The notes beneath the pieces were generated by a model. It saw only the letters and a list, made by a program, of their open reading frames with translations, searched no databases and was not told the DNA's origin. From positions 2,144 to 66,143 of the forward strand of contig CAJTWA010000018.1 in the NCBI GenBank assembly GCA_910580195.1: a stretch of DNA of 64,000 nucleotides, given 5' to 3'. The position numbers and the translations under genes are program-made. This document shows positions 8,557-17,277 of this stretch, one piece after another (positions within the stretch are counted from its first letter, which is position 1; each line of letters begins with the position of its first letter). Origin of the DNA: an uncultured Lachnospiraceae bacterium (GTDB lineage: Bacteria; Bacillota; Clostridia; Lachnospirales; Lachnospiraceae).

Positions 8557-9861
8557 ATGAACATGTATGATATAATTAACCATAAAAAACAGGGGATGCG
8601 GCTGACAAGGGAGGAAATCCGTTTTCTGGCCGAAGGCTATACGAAAGGGGAAATCCCCGATTACCAGATGTCTGCCCTGCTGATGGCAATCTGTTTCCAA
8701 GGGATGGATGAAGGGGAAACGCTGGAGCTTACCTTGGCAATGCGTGACAGCGGCGATGTCCTTGACTTATCTGGGATTGAGGGGGTGACAGCCGACAAGC
8801 ACAGCACCGGAGGGGTTGGGGATAAGGTTTCCTTGGTGCTTACCCCCATGATAGCCTCCCTTGGGATCCCTGTGGCAAAAATGTCCGGCCGCGGCCTTGG
8901 GCACACAGGAGGGACCATTGACAAGCTGGAATCGTTCCCGGGGTTTTCCACGGACTTGCCCATTTCCCAGTTTTACCACAACGTAAATACCATAAAAATG
9001 GCGATTATGGGGCAGACAAAGGACCTTGCCCCGGCAGATAAGAAGCTTTACGCCCTCCGGGACGTGACGGCCACCGTAGACCAGCTTTCCCTGATTGCGT
9101 CAAGCATCATGAGCAAAAAGCTGGCTTCTGGGGCGGACGCCATTGTGCTGGACGTAAAAACCGGGAGCGGGGCGTTTATGAAAACGGAAGAAGAAGCCTT
9201 TGCCCTCGCCCGGGAAATGGTCCAGATTGGGAAAAATGCCGGGAAGAAAATTTCCGCCGTCATCACCGACATGGACCAGCCCCTTGGCCGCGCAGTGGGG
9301 AATTCCTTGGAGGTAAAAGAGGCCATCCTTGCCTTAAACGGCCAAGGGCCTTTAGACCTTATGGAAGTCACCTATGCATTAGGCACGGAGCTTGTCCTTG
9401 CCGCGGGGAAAGCATCCTCCCCGGAAGAAGCCAAAGACCTTTTAAGGCAATCCATCCAGTCCAAGTCCGCCCTCCATAAATTTGCAGAATTCGTGGAGGC
9501 CCAGGGCAGTGAAAAACGCTTTGTATACCAGCCGGAACTGCTGCCCGCCGCAAACATCCAGCTGCAAGCCATCAACACGGAAGAAGGGTACGTTTCCGCC
9601 ATCCAAACAGAGGAAATCGGCCGGGCAAACCTTGCCCTTGGGGGCGGCCGCACCACGAAGGACAGCCAGATTGACTTATCCGTAGGCATCCTGCTGCATA
9701 AAAAGCGCGGCGATCTGGTAAGGCCGGGGGAAGCCCTTGCCACGGTCTATGCCAATGGGATGGACGCCGCCAAAGAGGCGTACGGCAGGGTCGTCCGGGC
9801 ATACCACGTACAGGAAATGCGGCCGGAAGAAACGCTGATGGTAAAAGGCATCGTCCGGTAA
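8557..9861 (+). CDS. pdp: Pyrimidine-nucleoside phosphorylase
   Basis: DKHSTGGVGDK, KMSGRGLGHTGGTIDKLE, SIMSKKLA; GGAGGG RBS before ATG 8557. Confidence 0.95.
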   Translation: MNMYDIINHKKQGMRLTREEIRFLAEGYTKGEIPDYQMSALLMAICFQGMDEGETLELTLAMRDSGDVLDLSGIEGVTADKHSTGGVGDKVSLVLTPMIASLGIPVAKMSGRGLGHTGGTIDKLESFPGFSTDLPISQFYHNVNTIKMAIMGQTKDLAPADKKLYALRDVTATVDQLSLIASSIMSKKLASGADAIVLDVKTGSGAFMKTEEEAFALAREMVQIGKNAGKKISAVITDMDQPLGRAVGNSLEVKEAILALNGQGPLDLMEVTYALGTELVLAAGKASSPEEAKDLLRQSIQSKSALHKFAEFVEAQGSEKRFVYQPELLPAANIQLQAINTEEGYVSAIQTEEIGRANLALGGGRTTKDSQIDLSVGILLHKKRGDLVRPGEALATVYANGMDAAKEAYGRVVRAYHVQEMRPEETLMVKGIVR

Positions 9862-9955
9862 ACCGGGCAGATGCGAAAGGGGCGGCCGTTCCAGAAAAGC
9901 CGCCCAATACTGAAACTATAACCTCAACCGAAGAACTTGAAAGCGGGGACGGTAC

Positions 9956-10057
9956 GTTATCCACTGGCGGTACAGAACCCCTGTCCGCTGATTATCCGGC
10001 AGCATTGAAAGCGTGTCTTTTGTTATCCACTGGCGGTACAGAAACCCTGTCCGCTGA
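9956..10057. repeat. Two 36-bp direct repeats (GTTATCCACTGGCGGTACAGAAMCCCTGTCCGCTGA) separated by 30 bp, each with an internal hairpin
   Basis: Copies at 9956-9991 and 10022-10057, one mismatch. Confidence 0.85.
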
Positions 10058-10151
10058 ATGCATGGAGGGATAGCCATGCCCAATATGCAGTATCCTGCCA
10101 GATTTCAAAAATTTCAAAATATATAAAATGAAGAGAGGACAGCAACATTAC

Positions 10152-12416
10152 ATGGATAAATACGGAATTTTAAAAAAATACTTCGGCTACACCCAGTTCC
10201 GGCAGGGGCAGGAAACCCTCATAGACGCAATCCTGTCAGGGCGGGACGTGCTGGGCGTCATGCCAACCGGCGCAGGGAAGTCCTTATGCTACCAAATCCC
10301 AGCATTGCTCCTGCCCGGCATTACCTTAGTCATTTCCCCCCTCATTTCCCTTATGAAAGACCAAGTCCAGACACTCAACCAAGCCGGCGTCCACGCCGCA
10401 TACATCAACAGTTCCCTCACGGAAAACCAAATATCGAAGGCGCTCGCCCTTGCTGCAAGAGGGGTGTACAAAATCATTTACGTTGCGCCGGAACGCCTAG
10501 AAACTTACGGTTTCCTTTCCTTTGCAAGGCAGGCGGAAATTTCCATGCTGACGGTGGACGAGGCCCACTGCATTTCCCAGTGGGGGCAGGATTTCCGGCC
10601 AAGCTACTTAAAGATTATAGAATTCCTGCGCCAGCTTTTGCGCCGCCCCATTGTCAGCGCGTTTACCGCCACCGCCACGGAGCACGTCCGGGAGGACATT
10701 GCCTGCGTCCTTGGGCTAAGGCAGCCAGAGCTTTTAGTCACTGGGTTTGACCGGAAGAACCTGTATTTTGCCGTGGAAACCCCAAGGAAAAAGGACGGCT
10801 ATGTGCTGGATTACCTAAACGCCCACCCCGCAGACAGCGGCATCATTTACTGCGCCACCCGGAAAAACGTGGACGCCCTCTATGGGAAAATGCAGGAGGC
10901 TGGGATTCCCGCCGTAAAATACCATGCAGGGCTTGGCAAGGAAGAACGCCGGCAGAACCAAGAGGATTTTGTCTACGACAGGCGCCCGGTGATGGTTGCC
11001 ACAAATGCATTCGGCATGGGGATTGACAAGTCCAACGTCCGCTACGTCATCCACTACAACATGCCCCAGAGCTTGGAAAATTACTATCAGGAGGCGGGCA
11101 GGGCCGGCCGCGACGGGGAGGCGTCGGAATGTATCCTGCTGTATTCGCCGCAGGACGTGATGATTAACCAGTTCCTGTTGGAAAGCAAGGAACCGAACCC
11201 GGAATTTACCGCCGATGACCTTGCTGCCATCCGGGAGCGGGACGCAGGGCGTCTGCGCGCCATGAATTATTACTGCCTGTCCACCCGCTGCTTAAGGGCT
11301 TATATTTTAAGCTATTTTGGGGAGCAGGGGCAAAGCCGCTGCGGGAACTGCGCCAACTGCCAGAAAGAATTTGTGGAAAAAGACGCCACCGAAGAAGCAG
11401 GGAAAATCATTGCCTGCGTCCGGGAACTGCGGGGCAGGTACGGCATCAATGTGGTTGCAGGAACCCTTGCCGGGGAACGCCGGGCAAAGCTCCGGGAATA
11501 TGGGGTGGAAACCTGCCAGTCCTTCGGCAGTTTAAGAAGCATGGGTGAGCCAAGTATCAAAAGGATGATAAACCAGATGCTGGCGGAGGGGTACCTGGCA
11601 ATGACACTGGATAAGTATGCCCTGCTGAAGCTGGCGCAAAAATCGGATATGCTCCTGCAGGGGGAACAAAAATTTGTAGTGCGGGAAACAAAGCAGGAGA
11701 TTTCCCAGCAAGCCGGCCAGCACGCCCCTGCTGCAAGCAGGCGGAAATCTGACATCCTCAACTCAAAGGGCTTAGAATTATTTGAGCGCCTGCGGGCATT
11801 GCGGAGCGAAATTGCAAAGCAGGAAGGGATGCCGCCCTATATTATCTTTTCCGACAAGACCTTGGTGGACATGTGCGTCCGGCTCCCATTTACCCCTGAG
11901 GAACTGCTGGAAGTCAGCGGTGTAGGGGAGCATAAGCTGGAAAAATATGGGGAGCCGTTTTTAGCGGAACTCAAATCATACACCGGGGGAGCCAAAGAAA
12001 AGCTGTATTTCGGCGAGGTTGGGGACGCTGCCGCCTGCCTTGATGCAGCAGCCCTTCCCAGCCGGGCGCGGGGCGCAAGGCAAAAAGCAGAATTTTTCCT
12101 CACCGAAGACGCCGCTGCCCAGTTCCCCTATGCAGAAAAATACCTTGCGCCGGAACTGGCCGTAAAGCTGAATGAACTGCGGGACGAAGCAGCCGCCAAG
12201 AAAACCTCCGGTGCAGAAATTCTCCGGAGGTCGCAGCAGCAAGGCCTTTCGGAAGAACGGGTTGTGGACGGGATGCGGCGCAAGTTTGTCACCAAGAAAG
12301 GGGAAGAAGCAGGGCTTTTCCTTGGGATGCGGATGAGCAAAAAGGGCGTGGAATACGAAGACATTTACTATGGTAAACCAGCCCAGCAGATGGTCGTTGG
12401 GTGGTTTACCCAATAA
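10152..12416 (+). CDS. recQ: ATP-dependent DNA helicase RecQ with C-terminal extension
   Basis: MPTGAGKS, DEAHCISQWGQDFRP, YYQEAGRAGRDG, Zn-binding cysteines, HRDC PPYIIFSDKTL. Confidence 0.95.
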   Translation: MDKYGILKKYFGYTQFRQGQETLIDAILSGRDVLGVMPTGAGKSLCYQIPALLLPGITLVISPLISLMKDQVQTLNQAGVHAAYINSSLTENQISKALALAARGVYKIIYVAPERLETYGFLSFARQAEISMLTVDEAHCISQWGQDFRPSYLKIIEFLRQLLRRPIVSAFTATATEHVREDIACVLGLRQPELLVTGFDRKNLYFAVETPRKKDGYVLDYLNAHPADSGIIYCATRKNVDALYGKMQEAGIPAVKYHAGLGKEERRQNQEDFVYDRRPVMVATNAFGMGIDKSNVRYVIHYNMPQSLENYYQEAGRAGRDGEASECILLYSPQDVMINQFLLESKEPNPEFTADDLAAIRERDAGRLRAMNYYCLSTRCLRAYILSYFGEQGQSRCGNCANCQKEFVEKDATEEAGKIIACVRELRGRYGINVVAGTLAGERRAKLREYGVETCQSFGSLRSMGEPSIKRMINQMLAEGYLAMTLDKYALLKLAQKSDMLLQGEQKFVVRETKQEISQQAGQHAPAASRRKSDILNSKGLELFERLRALRSEIAKQEGMPPYIIFSDKTLVDMCVRLPFTPEELLEVSGVGEHKLEKYGEPFLAELKSYTGGAKEKLYFGEVGDAAACLDAAALPSRARGARQKAEFFLTEDAAAQFPYAEKYLAPELAVKLNELRDEAAAKKTSGAEILRRSQQQGLSEERVVDGMRRKFVTKKGEEAGLFLGMRMSKKGVEYEDIYYGKPAQQMVVGWFTQ

Positions 12417-12479
12417 GCCAGCCCACCCCAGCGGCTGGCAGCAGACAATCGAACCTATTGACAAAAAAGCAATCTTAGC

Positions 12480-12520
12480 AAAGGCATTTTCTTAAAAGAA
12501 ATTTTAGGGAAGTGCCTTTT
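12480..12520 (+). terminator. Probable intrinsic terminator after recQ
   Basis: AAAGGCATTTTCTTAAAA-GAAA-TTTTAGGGAAGTGCCTTTT stem-loop with G-U pairs. Confidence 0.6.
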
Positions 12521-12707
12521 CTGGTGCATGTTCCCTTATGCATTTATTGGGTAATTCCTTTTCTGGTGCAGGACATCAAACCCATGAACGGATGAAATGC
12601 ACCTAATGCCATACGTGCCTTGGGAAAATCAAAAAATGTGTAAAAGTTTCCGTATACCACAGGTTTTTTGGAGAATCGAAAAATTAGCAAAAGTTTCCAT
12701 ATACCAG

Positions 12708-12753
12708 TTGAAATCTAAATCCAAACGCTGTATAATATATCAGTCTGATATAT
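12708..12753 (+). promoter_or_regulatory. SigA-type promoter overlapped by a perfect 9-1-9 inverted repeat (candidate PadR operator)
   Basis: TTGAAA (12708), 17 bp, TATAAT (12731); ATATATCAG-T-CTGATATAT at 12735-12753. Confidence 0.7.
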
Positions 12754-12777
12754 AAAGCTTATGTAACGGAGATGCCT

Positions 12778-13011
12778 ATGGGAAGACAGCAAATTAGAAA
12801 GATATTGCTTATCACTTCATTGCCCCTGTTTCCCATCACGCTATACTGTTCCAGCCCCGCCTGAACCATAAGCGCAGGACTGAATGGAAGAACCAATGGG
12901 AGGATTCACTGCCAAGAATATATCCAGCGTGGGGCATGTATCAATAATTGCCCTAAAAATATTTTGGCTTTTGGGGTAATTGAAAGAAAGGAAGATTGCA
13001 ATGGCAACTGA
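12778..13011 (+). pseudogene. Internally deleted remnant of a membrane 4Fe-4S-binding protein gene
   Basis: GGAG then MGRQQIRKILLITSLPLFPITLY followed by a stop; 3' end reads IQRGACINNCPKNILAFG (decayed CxxCxxCxxxCP) and its stop overlaps the PadR-family start. Confidence 0.55.
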
Positions 13012-13546
13012 AAAAAAGATTGACTGTGTGATTTTAGGTTTGTTAAGCCATGAGGAACTAACGGGATACGAAATCAAAAAACGGATGGACACCACCCTGA
13101 AATATTTTTGGAGTGCAAGCTATGGCAGCATCTACCCCGCCTTAAATGATTTGGTTAACCGCGGACTGGCTACGAAAAGGGAAGATACCAACAGCAAACG
13201 GAATAAGCTGATTTATACCATAACAGAAAATGGGCGGGATTATTTGAAAAATTGGCTTTCGCTGCCTGCTGAAAAAGACGAGCTTCGTTATGAAACATTG
13301 TTAAAATTATTTTTTGGGAGTGAGAAAGGGGAAGAACAGGCGCTCATCCATATGGAAGCCTTTGAAAAGAAAATCGAAGAAGAGCTGCCATATCTTTTAC
13401 ATGCAGAAAAAGCCTTAAACCAAAACTTGCAAAATGATATTGCACACAAATATTATCTGCTTACGGTAGAGTTTGGGATAAAAACCTATCAGGCGTATTT
13501 GGAATGGTGCAAAGAAGCAAGGAAACTTTTAGCGGGAGGGCAATAG
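13001..13546 (+). CDS. PadR-family transcriptional regulator
   Basis: ILGLL...TGYEIKK...FWSASYGSIYPAL...YTITENG. Confidence 0.92.
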   Translation: MATEKKIDCVILGLLSHEELTGYEIKKRMDTTLKYFWSASYGSIYPALNDLVNRGLATKREDTNSKRNKLIYTITENGRDYLKNWLSLPAEKDELRYETLLKLFFGSEKGEEQALIHMEAFEKKIEEELPYLLHAEKALNQNLQNDIAHKYYLLTVEFGIKTYQAYLEWCKEARKLLAGGQ

Positions 13547-13547
13547 C

Positions 13548-14027
13548 ATGTTTGGGAATTTGGGATTTTCTTATATAGGATTGCTCTTTTTATTGATGCT
13601 ATTTATTCCCAATATCATATGGGCAAAAAGGAAGCCGCAAGGGTATACATCGGATAAGGAAAACAAAATCTTGCTGTTCTTTGAAAGATTGGGGGAAGTA
13701 TTGGTTTGCTGCTGTTCATTGGCATTTTCCGATTTTAATATACATAAATGGACACGTTGGTCTTTATGGCTTGCTGCCGCTTTTATTTTAATGATAATGT
13801 ATGAAGCATGGTGGGTGCGTTATTTCCGGAGCGGACGCAAGTTATCAGATTTTTACAGCAGCTTTTTAGGGATACCCCTCGCCGGGGCAACCCTGCCGGT
13901 TCTTGCGTTTTTTATGTTGGGAATCTATGGGAAAGCTGCATGTATGTTAATCGCCGCGCTTATTTTAGGCATCGGGCACATAGGCATACATATCCAGCAC
14001 AAAAAAAGTATTGATATTGGGAATTAG
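13548..14027 (+). CDS. Hypothetical integral membrane protein
   Basis: Four to five hydrophobic segments; GGAGG RBS; abuts the PadR-family gene. Confidence 0.8.
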   Translation: MFGNLGFSYIGLLFLLMLFIPNIIWAKRKPQGYTSDKENKILLFFERLGEVLVCCCSLAFSDFNIHKWTRWSLWLAAAFILMIMYEAWWVRYFRSGRKLSDFYSSFLGIPLAGATLPVLAFFMLGIYGKAACMLIAALILGIGHIGIHIQHKKSIDIGN

Positions 14028-14271
14028 GAAGAGTTTCAGCATGAAACATGCAATGCTGTTGATAGCAGTAGGAATAACGGGAACCATTTTAGGCAAGTAA
14101 AAACGTTGATATTTAACCGCCCGAGTAATAATTGCGGGACAAGAGAAAGAACCGGTAAGGAGCTTTCCCTTGTTTCCGATTGGCCCTGTATTAATAACGC
14201 TTCTTTTCCGGGCTTTTTTGGATGCTTTGGGCTTAGCGGGCGCTTTTCTGGCAATCCCTCCCATTGCAGCC

Positions 14272-15090
14272 TCAGCTGCCAACCGGAATTTCTATCTGCA
14301 CGATATAATCCTCCATCCGCCCAGCCACAATCTCATTAATCCCTTTCTCATAGGAAAACCCCCGCAGCCCAATCCCTTGCCCCTTGGCATAGCGCAGGAT
14401 TTCCCCATACCGCTCTGGGAGGTTCTCCCAGTCCCCCTTATGGAATGCCCGCAGGTACTTCCCGGCAGGCTGGATGTGGAGCCCGTCCTTCTGGGCAAGG
14501 AGGGGTATTTCAATGAACAGCTTGGAATAGCCGCCAAAATCCCCCTTTTGCAGGCTGGCAACTGGGATCATGGAACCGTAGGAGGCGTCATGGAGGCGGC
14601 CAAGCTGGTATTTCGCCGTTTCGGCAGTTATCAGTTCCACTTCTTTTTCAAAGGACACCTGCCTGTCTATGTCCACAGTCACAAGGCAGCGTTCTTCTTT
14701 CTCCACAATAGTGATTTCCGACAGGTCCATCCGGAGCAGGGTTTCCATATTTTGGCGGTAATTGCACAAGGTTTTTTGGACGGCGGAAAGGTGCGCAAGC
14801 TTCTGGCCTAGCTCTGCAATTTTTTCATCAAAAAGCAGCGCCAGGCTTTTTGCGGAGCGGTTGTTTAAGAACTCTTTGATTTCCCCGGTGGATACGTCCA
14901 ATTCCCGCAGCAGGAGGATGGTTTCCAAAATGGGGCTCTGGTGGTAATTGTAACAGCGGTAGCCATTTTCCGGGTTGACGCAGGCGGGGGCAAACAGGCC
15001 GATTTCATCGTACCACATCAGTGTTTTCTTGTTGATGCCATGCATGGCCGCAAACTGGCCGATGGTGAGCAGCTTATCTTTTCCATCCAT
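14272..15090 (-). CDS. MerR-family regulator with GyrI-like effector domain (BmrR type)
   Basis: LTIGQFA...KTLMWYDEIGLFAP...NGYRCY; C-terminal PAGKY...HKGDW...IEIPV. Confidence 0.92.
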   Translation of the reverse strand: MDGKDKLLTIGQFAAMHGINKKTLMWYDEIGLFAPACVNPENGYRCYNYHQSPILETILLLRELDVSTGEIKEFLNNRSAKSLALLFDEKIAELGQKLAHLSAVQKTLCNYRQNMETLLRMDLSEITIVEKEERCLVTVDIDRQVSFEKEVELITAETAKYQLGRLHDASYGSMIPVASLQKGDFGGYSKLFIEIPLLAQKDGLHIQPAGKYLRAFHKGDWENLPERYGEILRYAKGQGIGLRGFSYEKGINEIVAGRMEDYIVQIEIPVGS

Positions 15091-15190
15091 ACTTCTTCCT
15101 TTCCGTTTGCCAAGCACAAACAGCTTTTGTCCCATAGGGCGCACTTTCCCATGAAAGAAAATAATTTTCCAAAAAGGTACCATTCCCCTA

Positions 15191-15221
15191 TTGACCGTAC
15201 AGTAACTGTATCGTTTATGAT
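15191..15221 (+). promoter_or_regulatory. MerR-type promoter (19-bp spacer containing a dyad) for the MATE gene
   Basis: TTGACC, 19 bp, TATGAT; TACAGT-A-ACTGTA at 15198-15210; divergent from the MerR-family gene. Confidence 0.8.
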
Positions 15222-15252
15222 ACCAGATATAAGGAGGAAATACAAGGAAAAC

Positions 15253-15393
15253 CAAAAAATGGGCATCTGGGCATGTTCTGGGAAAAGCAGGACGCTTTTA
15301 AGAAAGGGAACCTATAGCATATCCAAAAATGTGGGCGCCCAGACATGTTCTGGGAAAAGCAGAACGTTTTTAAGAAAGGGGACACAAAGCATT
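15253..15393. repeat. Degenerate 72-bp tandem duplication
   Basis: CATGTTCTGGGAAAAGCAG at 15272 and 15344. Confidence 0.8.
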
Positions 15394-15477
15394 AGGCCGC
15401 CCGAAATAGGTATTTCCATGGAAAGGAAAACGAAAACACAGGCCGCAAGGCTTACACCAAAGGAAGGAGAACAACGG

Positions 15478-15981
15478 ATGGAAGATACAAACGTATATGG
15501 AAAACCTGTAACCTTGAAAAACATTTTAAAATTCGCCGTCCCCACCATTGCCATGACGGTATTCATGTCATTTTATACCATGGTGGACGGGCTGTTCGTG
15601 TCGAACCTCATTGGCACGGACGCCCTTTCAGCCATCAACCTGACTGCCCCTGTCATCCAGCTTGTGACGGCTGTTTCCACCATGCTTGCCACGGGCGGGA
15701 GCGCGGTTATTATGAAAAAAATGGGGGAGCAGAAGCATCAGGAGGCGAAGGAGGATTTTACGTTCCTGATTCTGGTAAATGTGCTGGCAGGGCTTGCCAT
15801 GTGGGGGATTGGGCACGCCGCCATGGGGCATATTTTTGCGGGCATGGGGCTGTCGGCGGACGTGGCAGGGTACTGCATGGAATATTTAAGCCATTACCTG
15901 TGGTTTACCGTACCAATCCTTTTGATGAACAATTTTACCTTGTACATGATTGCAAGCGGGAAGGCAACATTATCCCTTATC
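15478..15981 (+). pseudogene. 5' third of a MATE-family efflux transporter (truncated)
   Basis: ILKFAVPTI...FYTMVDGLFVSNLIGTDALSAINL; similarity stops after about 168 aa (GKATLSLI). Confidence 0.85.
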
Positions 15982-16373
15982 TGGCCGGCATTATCGCCGC
16001 AGAGGGGTTCCGGGAGGGCTGTGTCATTACCTCCCAGTCCTATGGGGTCTTGGAGCGCATGAAGTCCTGCGACAGCCGCATCCCAACCGCCTATGTAATG
16101 AGCATCGCTTATGGGGACATCAGCCTCCTTACAGCAGCAGACCATTTCAGCATCGAAGCTACAAGCGTTACGGAAAAATTGGTGTCCGACGTGCACAATG
16201 CCGGGAAGGAGCTGTATGCATGGACCGTGAACACGGAGGAAAACATCAGGCGTATGGCTGCGCTCAATGTGGACAATATTATTACAGACGACGTAAGCCT
16301 TGCAAAAGAATGTATTTTCTTAAGCAAGACCAGCAATGCCGTAGAAGAATATGCCAAATGGCTGGCCCGATAG
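15981..16373 (+). pseudogene. 3' fragment of a glycerophosphodiester phosphodiesterase gene
   Basis: VITSQSY...VHNAGKELYAWTVNT...VDNIITDD; no start codon or N-terminal catalytic half. Confidence 0.8.
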
Positions 16374-16403
16374 GGGCGCCAGCAGGCAGGGAAAGGAGCA
16401 GGA

Positions 16404-16730
16404 ATGGGCCAGAAGGTTTACAAATTTGAATCCCTGATTTACGAAGCGCAGGGGAAGGGAGGGGCATACGTTATATTCCCCTACGACATCCGGAAGGAAT
16501 TCGGCAAAGGGCGGGTGAAAGTCCACGCCACATTCGACGGGGAGCCTTATGACGGCAGCATTACCAACATGGGCGTGAAGCATCAGGATGGGAGCATCTG
16601 CTATATCATCGGCATACGCAAGGATATCCGGGCCAAAATCGGCAAGCAGCCGGGAGACAAAGTAACAGTAACCATATCATGCAGGGAACCGGGCGGCGGC
16701 CTGGGGCAGCCTAACCCCAAAAAAGGCTAA
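16404..16730 (+). CDS. DUF1905-like small protein
   Basis: GGAYVIFPYDI...GRVKVHATFDG...IRKDIRAKIGKQPGDKV. Confidence 0.8.
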   Translation: MGQKVYKFESLIYEAQGKGGAYVIFPYDIRKEFGKGRVKVHATFDGEPYDGSITNMGVKHQDGSICYIIGIRKDIRAKIGKQPGDKVTVTISCREPGGGLGQPNPKKG

Positions 16731-16756
16731 ATTTTCCAGCGAAAGCCTACTTTTTT

Positions 16757-16785
16757 GCATAAAATAGCACAACTAGCAAATACTA
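16757..16785 (+). promoter_or_regulatory. Possible forespore (SigF/SigG) promoter
   Basis: GCATA, 17 bp, AATACTA upstream of a BofC-like gene. Confidence 0.45.
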
Positions 16786-16806
16786 CCAATAAAAAAGGAG
16801 TTTGAC

Positions 16807-17211
16807 ATGGAAAAGAAATGTAGTATTCGCTTTTTGTTACTGGGCATTGCCTTAAGCGCAGCCATCAGCTTAGGCGCGGGCTTTCTCGCCGGCTCCCAAA
16901 AAAGCTGGGAAACTTATGAAGCGCGCATTGCCCTGCTCAAACAGCAGAACGAAGCCCTTTTGTCCCAGCAGGAGGCCAGCAGGGAAGAAGGCCTTGCGGA
17001 AAGCATGAACGCCCTAGAGCCTTACGCTTATGTTTTGCTGGAAGAAAACGGCTATGTGGCAGTGTACCATGCAGACCGGGAAACCTTATTTTCCACGACG
17101 GATATCCTTATGGAAAGCCTGCCGGGGGACCTGCAGGAAGAAATCCGGGGCGGGAAACCCATTATGACAGAAGCAGAGCTCTATAATTTTCTGGAAAATT
17201 ACACAAGTTAG
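16807..17211 (+). CDS. BofC C-terminal-domain protein with N-terminal membrane anchor
   Basis: YVLLEENGYVAVY...TDI...LPGDLQEEIRGG...LYNFLENYTS. Confidence 0.7.
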   Translation: MEKKCSIRFLLLGIALSAAISLGAGFLAGSQKSWETYEARIALLKQQNEALLSQQEASREEGLAESMNALEPYAYVLLEENGYVAVYHADRETLFSTTDILMESLPGDLQEEIRGGKPIMTEAELYNFLENYTS

Positions 17212-17224
17212 CCCAACTTGGAAC

Positions 17225-17253
17225 TTGAAACTTGTGTTTGGGAGTGTTATAAT
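17225..17253 (+). promoter_or_regulatory. SigA-type promoter with extended -10
   Basis: TTGAAA, 17 bp, TATAAT preceded by TGn. Confidence 0.65.
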
Positions 17254-17277
17254 AGCGGAAAATGGCAGGGCAGGCAT

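Noticed and set aside
9956..10057. Bona fide CRISPR array
   Set aside because: Only two repeats, the spacer shares sequence with the upstream flank, and there is no cas gene or leader.
14170..14811. 213-aa ORF and the many similar overlapping ORFs
   Set aside because: Antisense or alternate-frame shadows of well-supported genes.
14941..16062. Intact 373-aa protein
   Set aside because: A composite of merR antisense, intergenic repeats and the truncated MATE frame.
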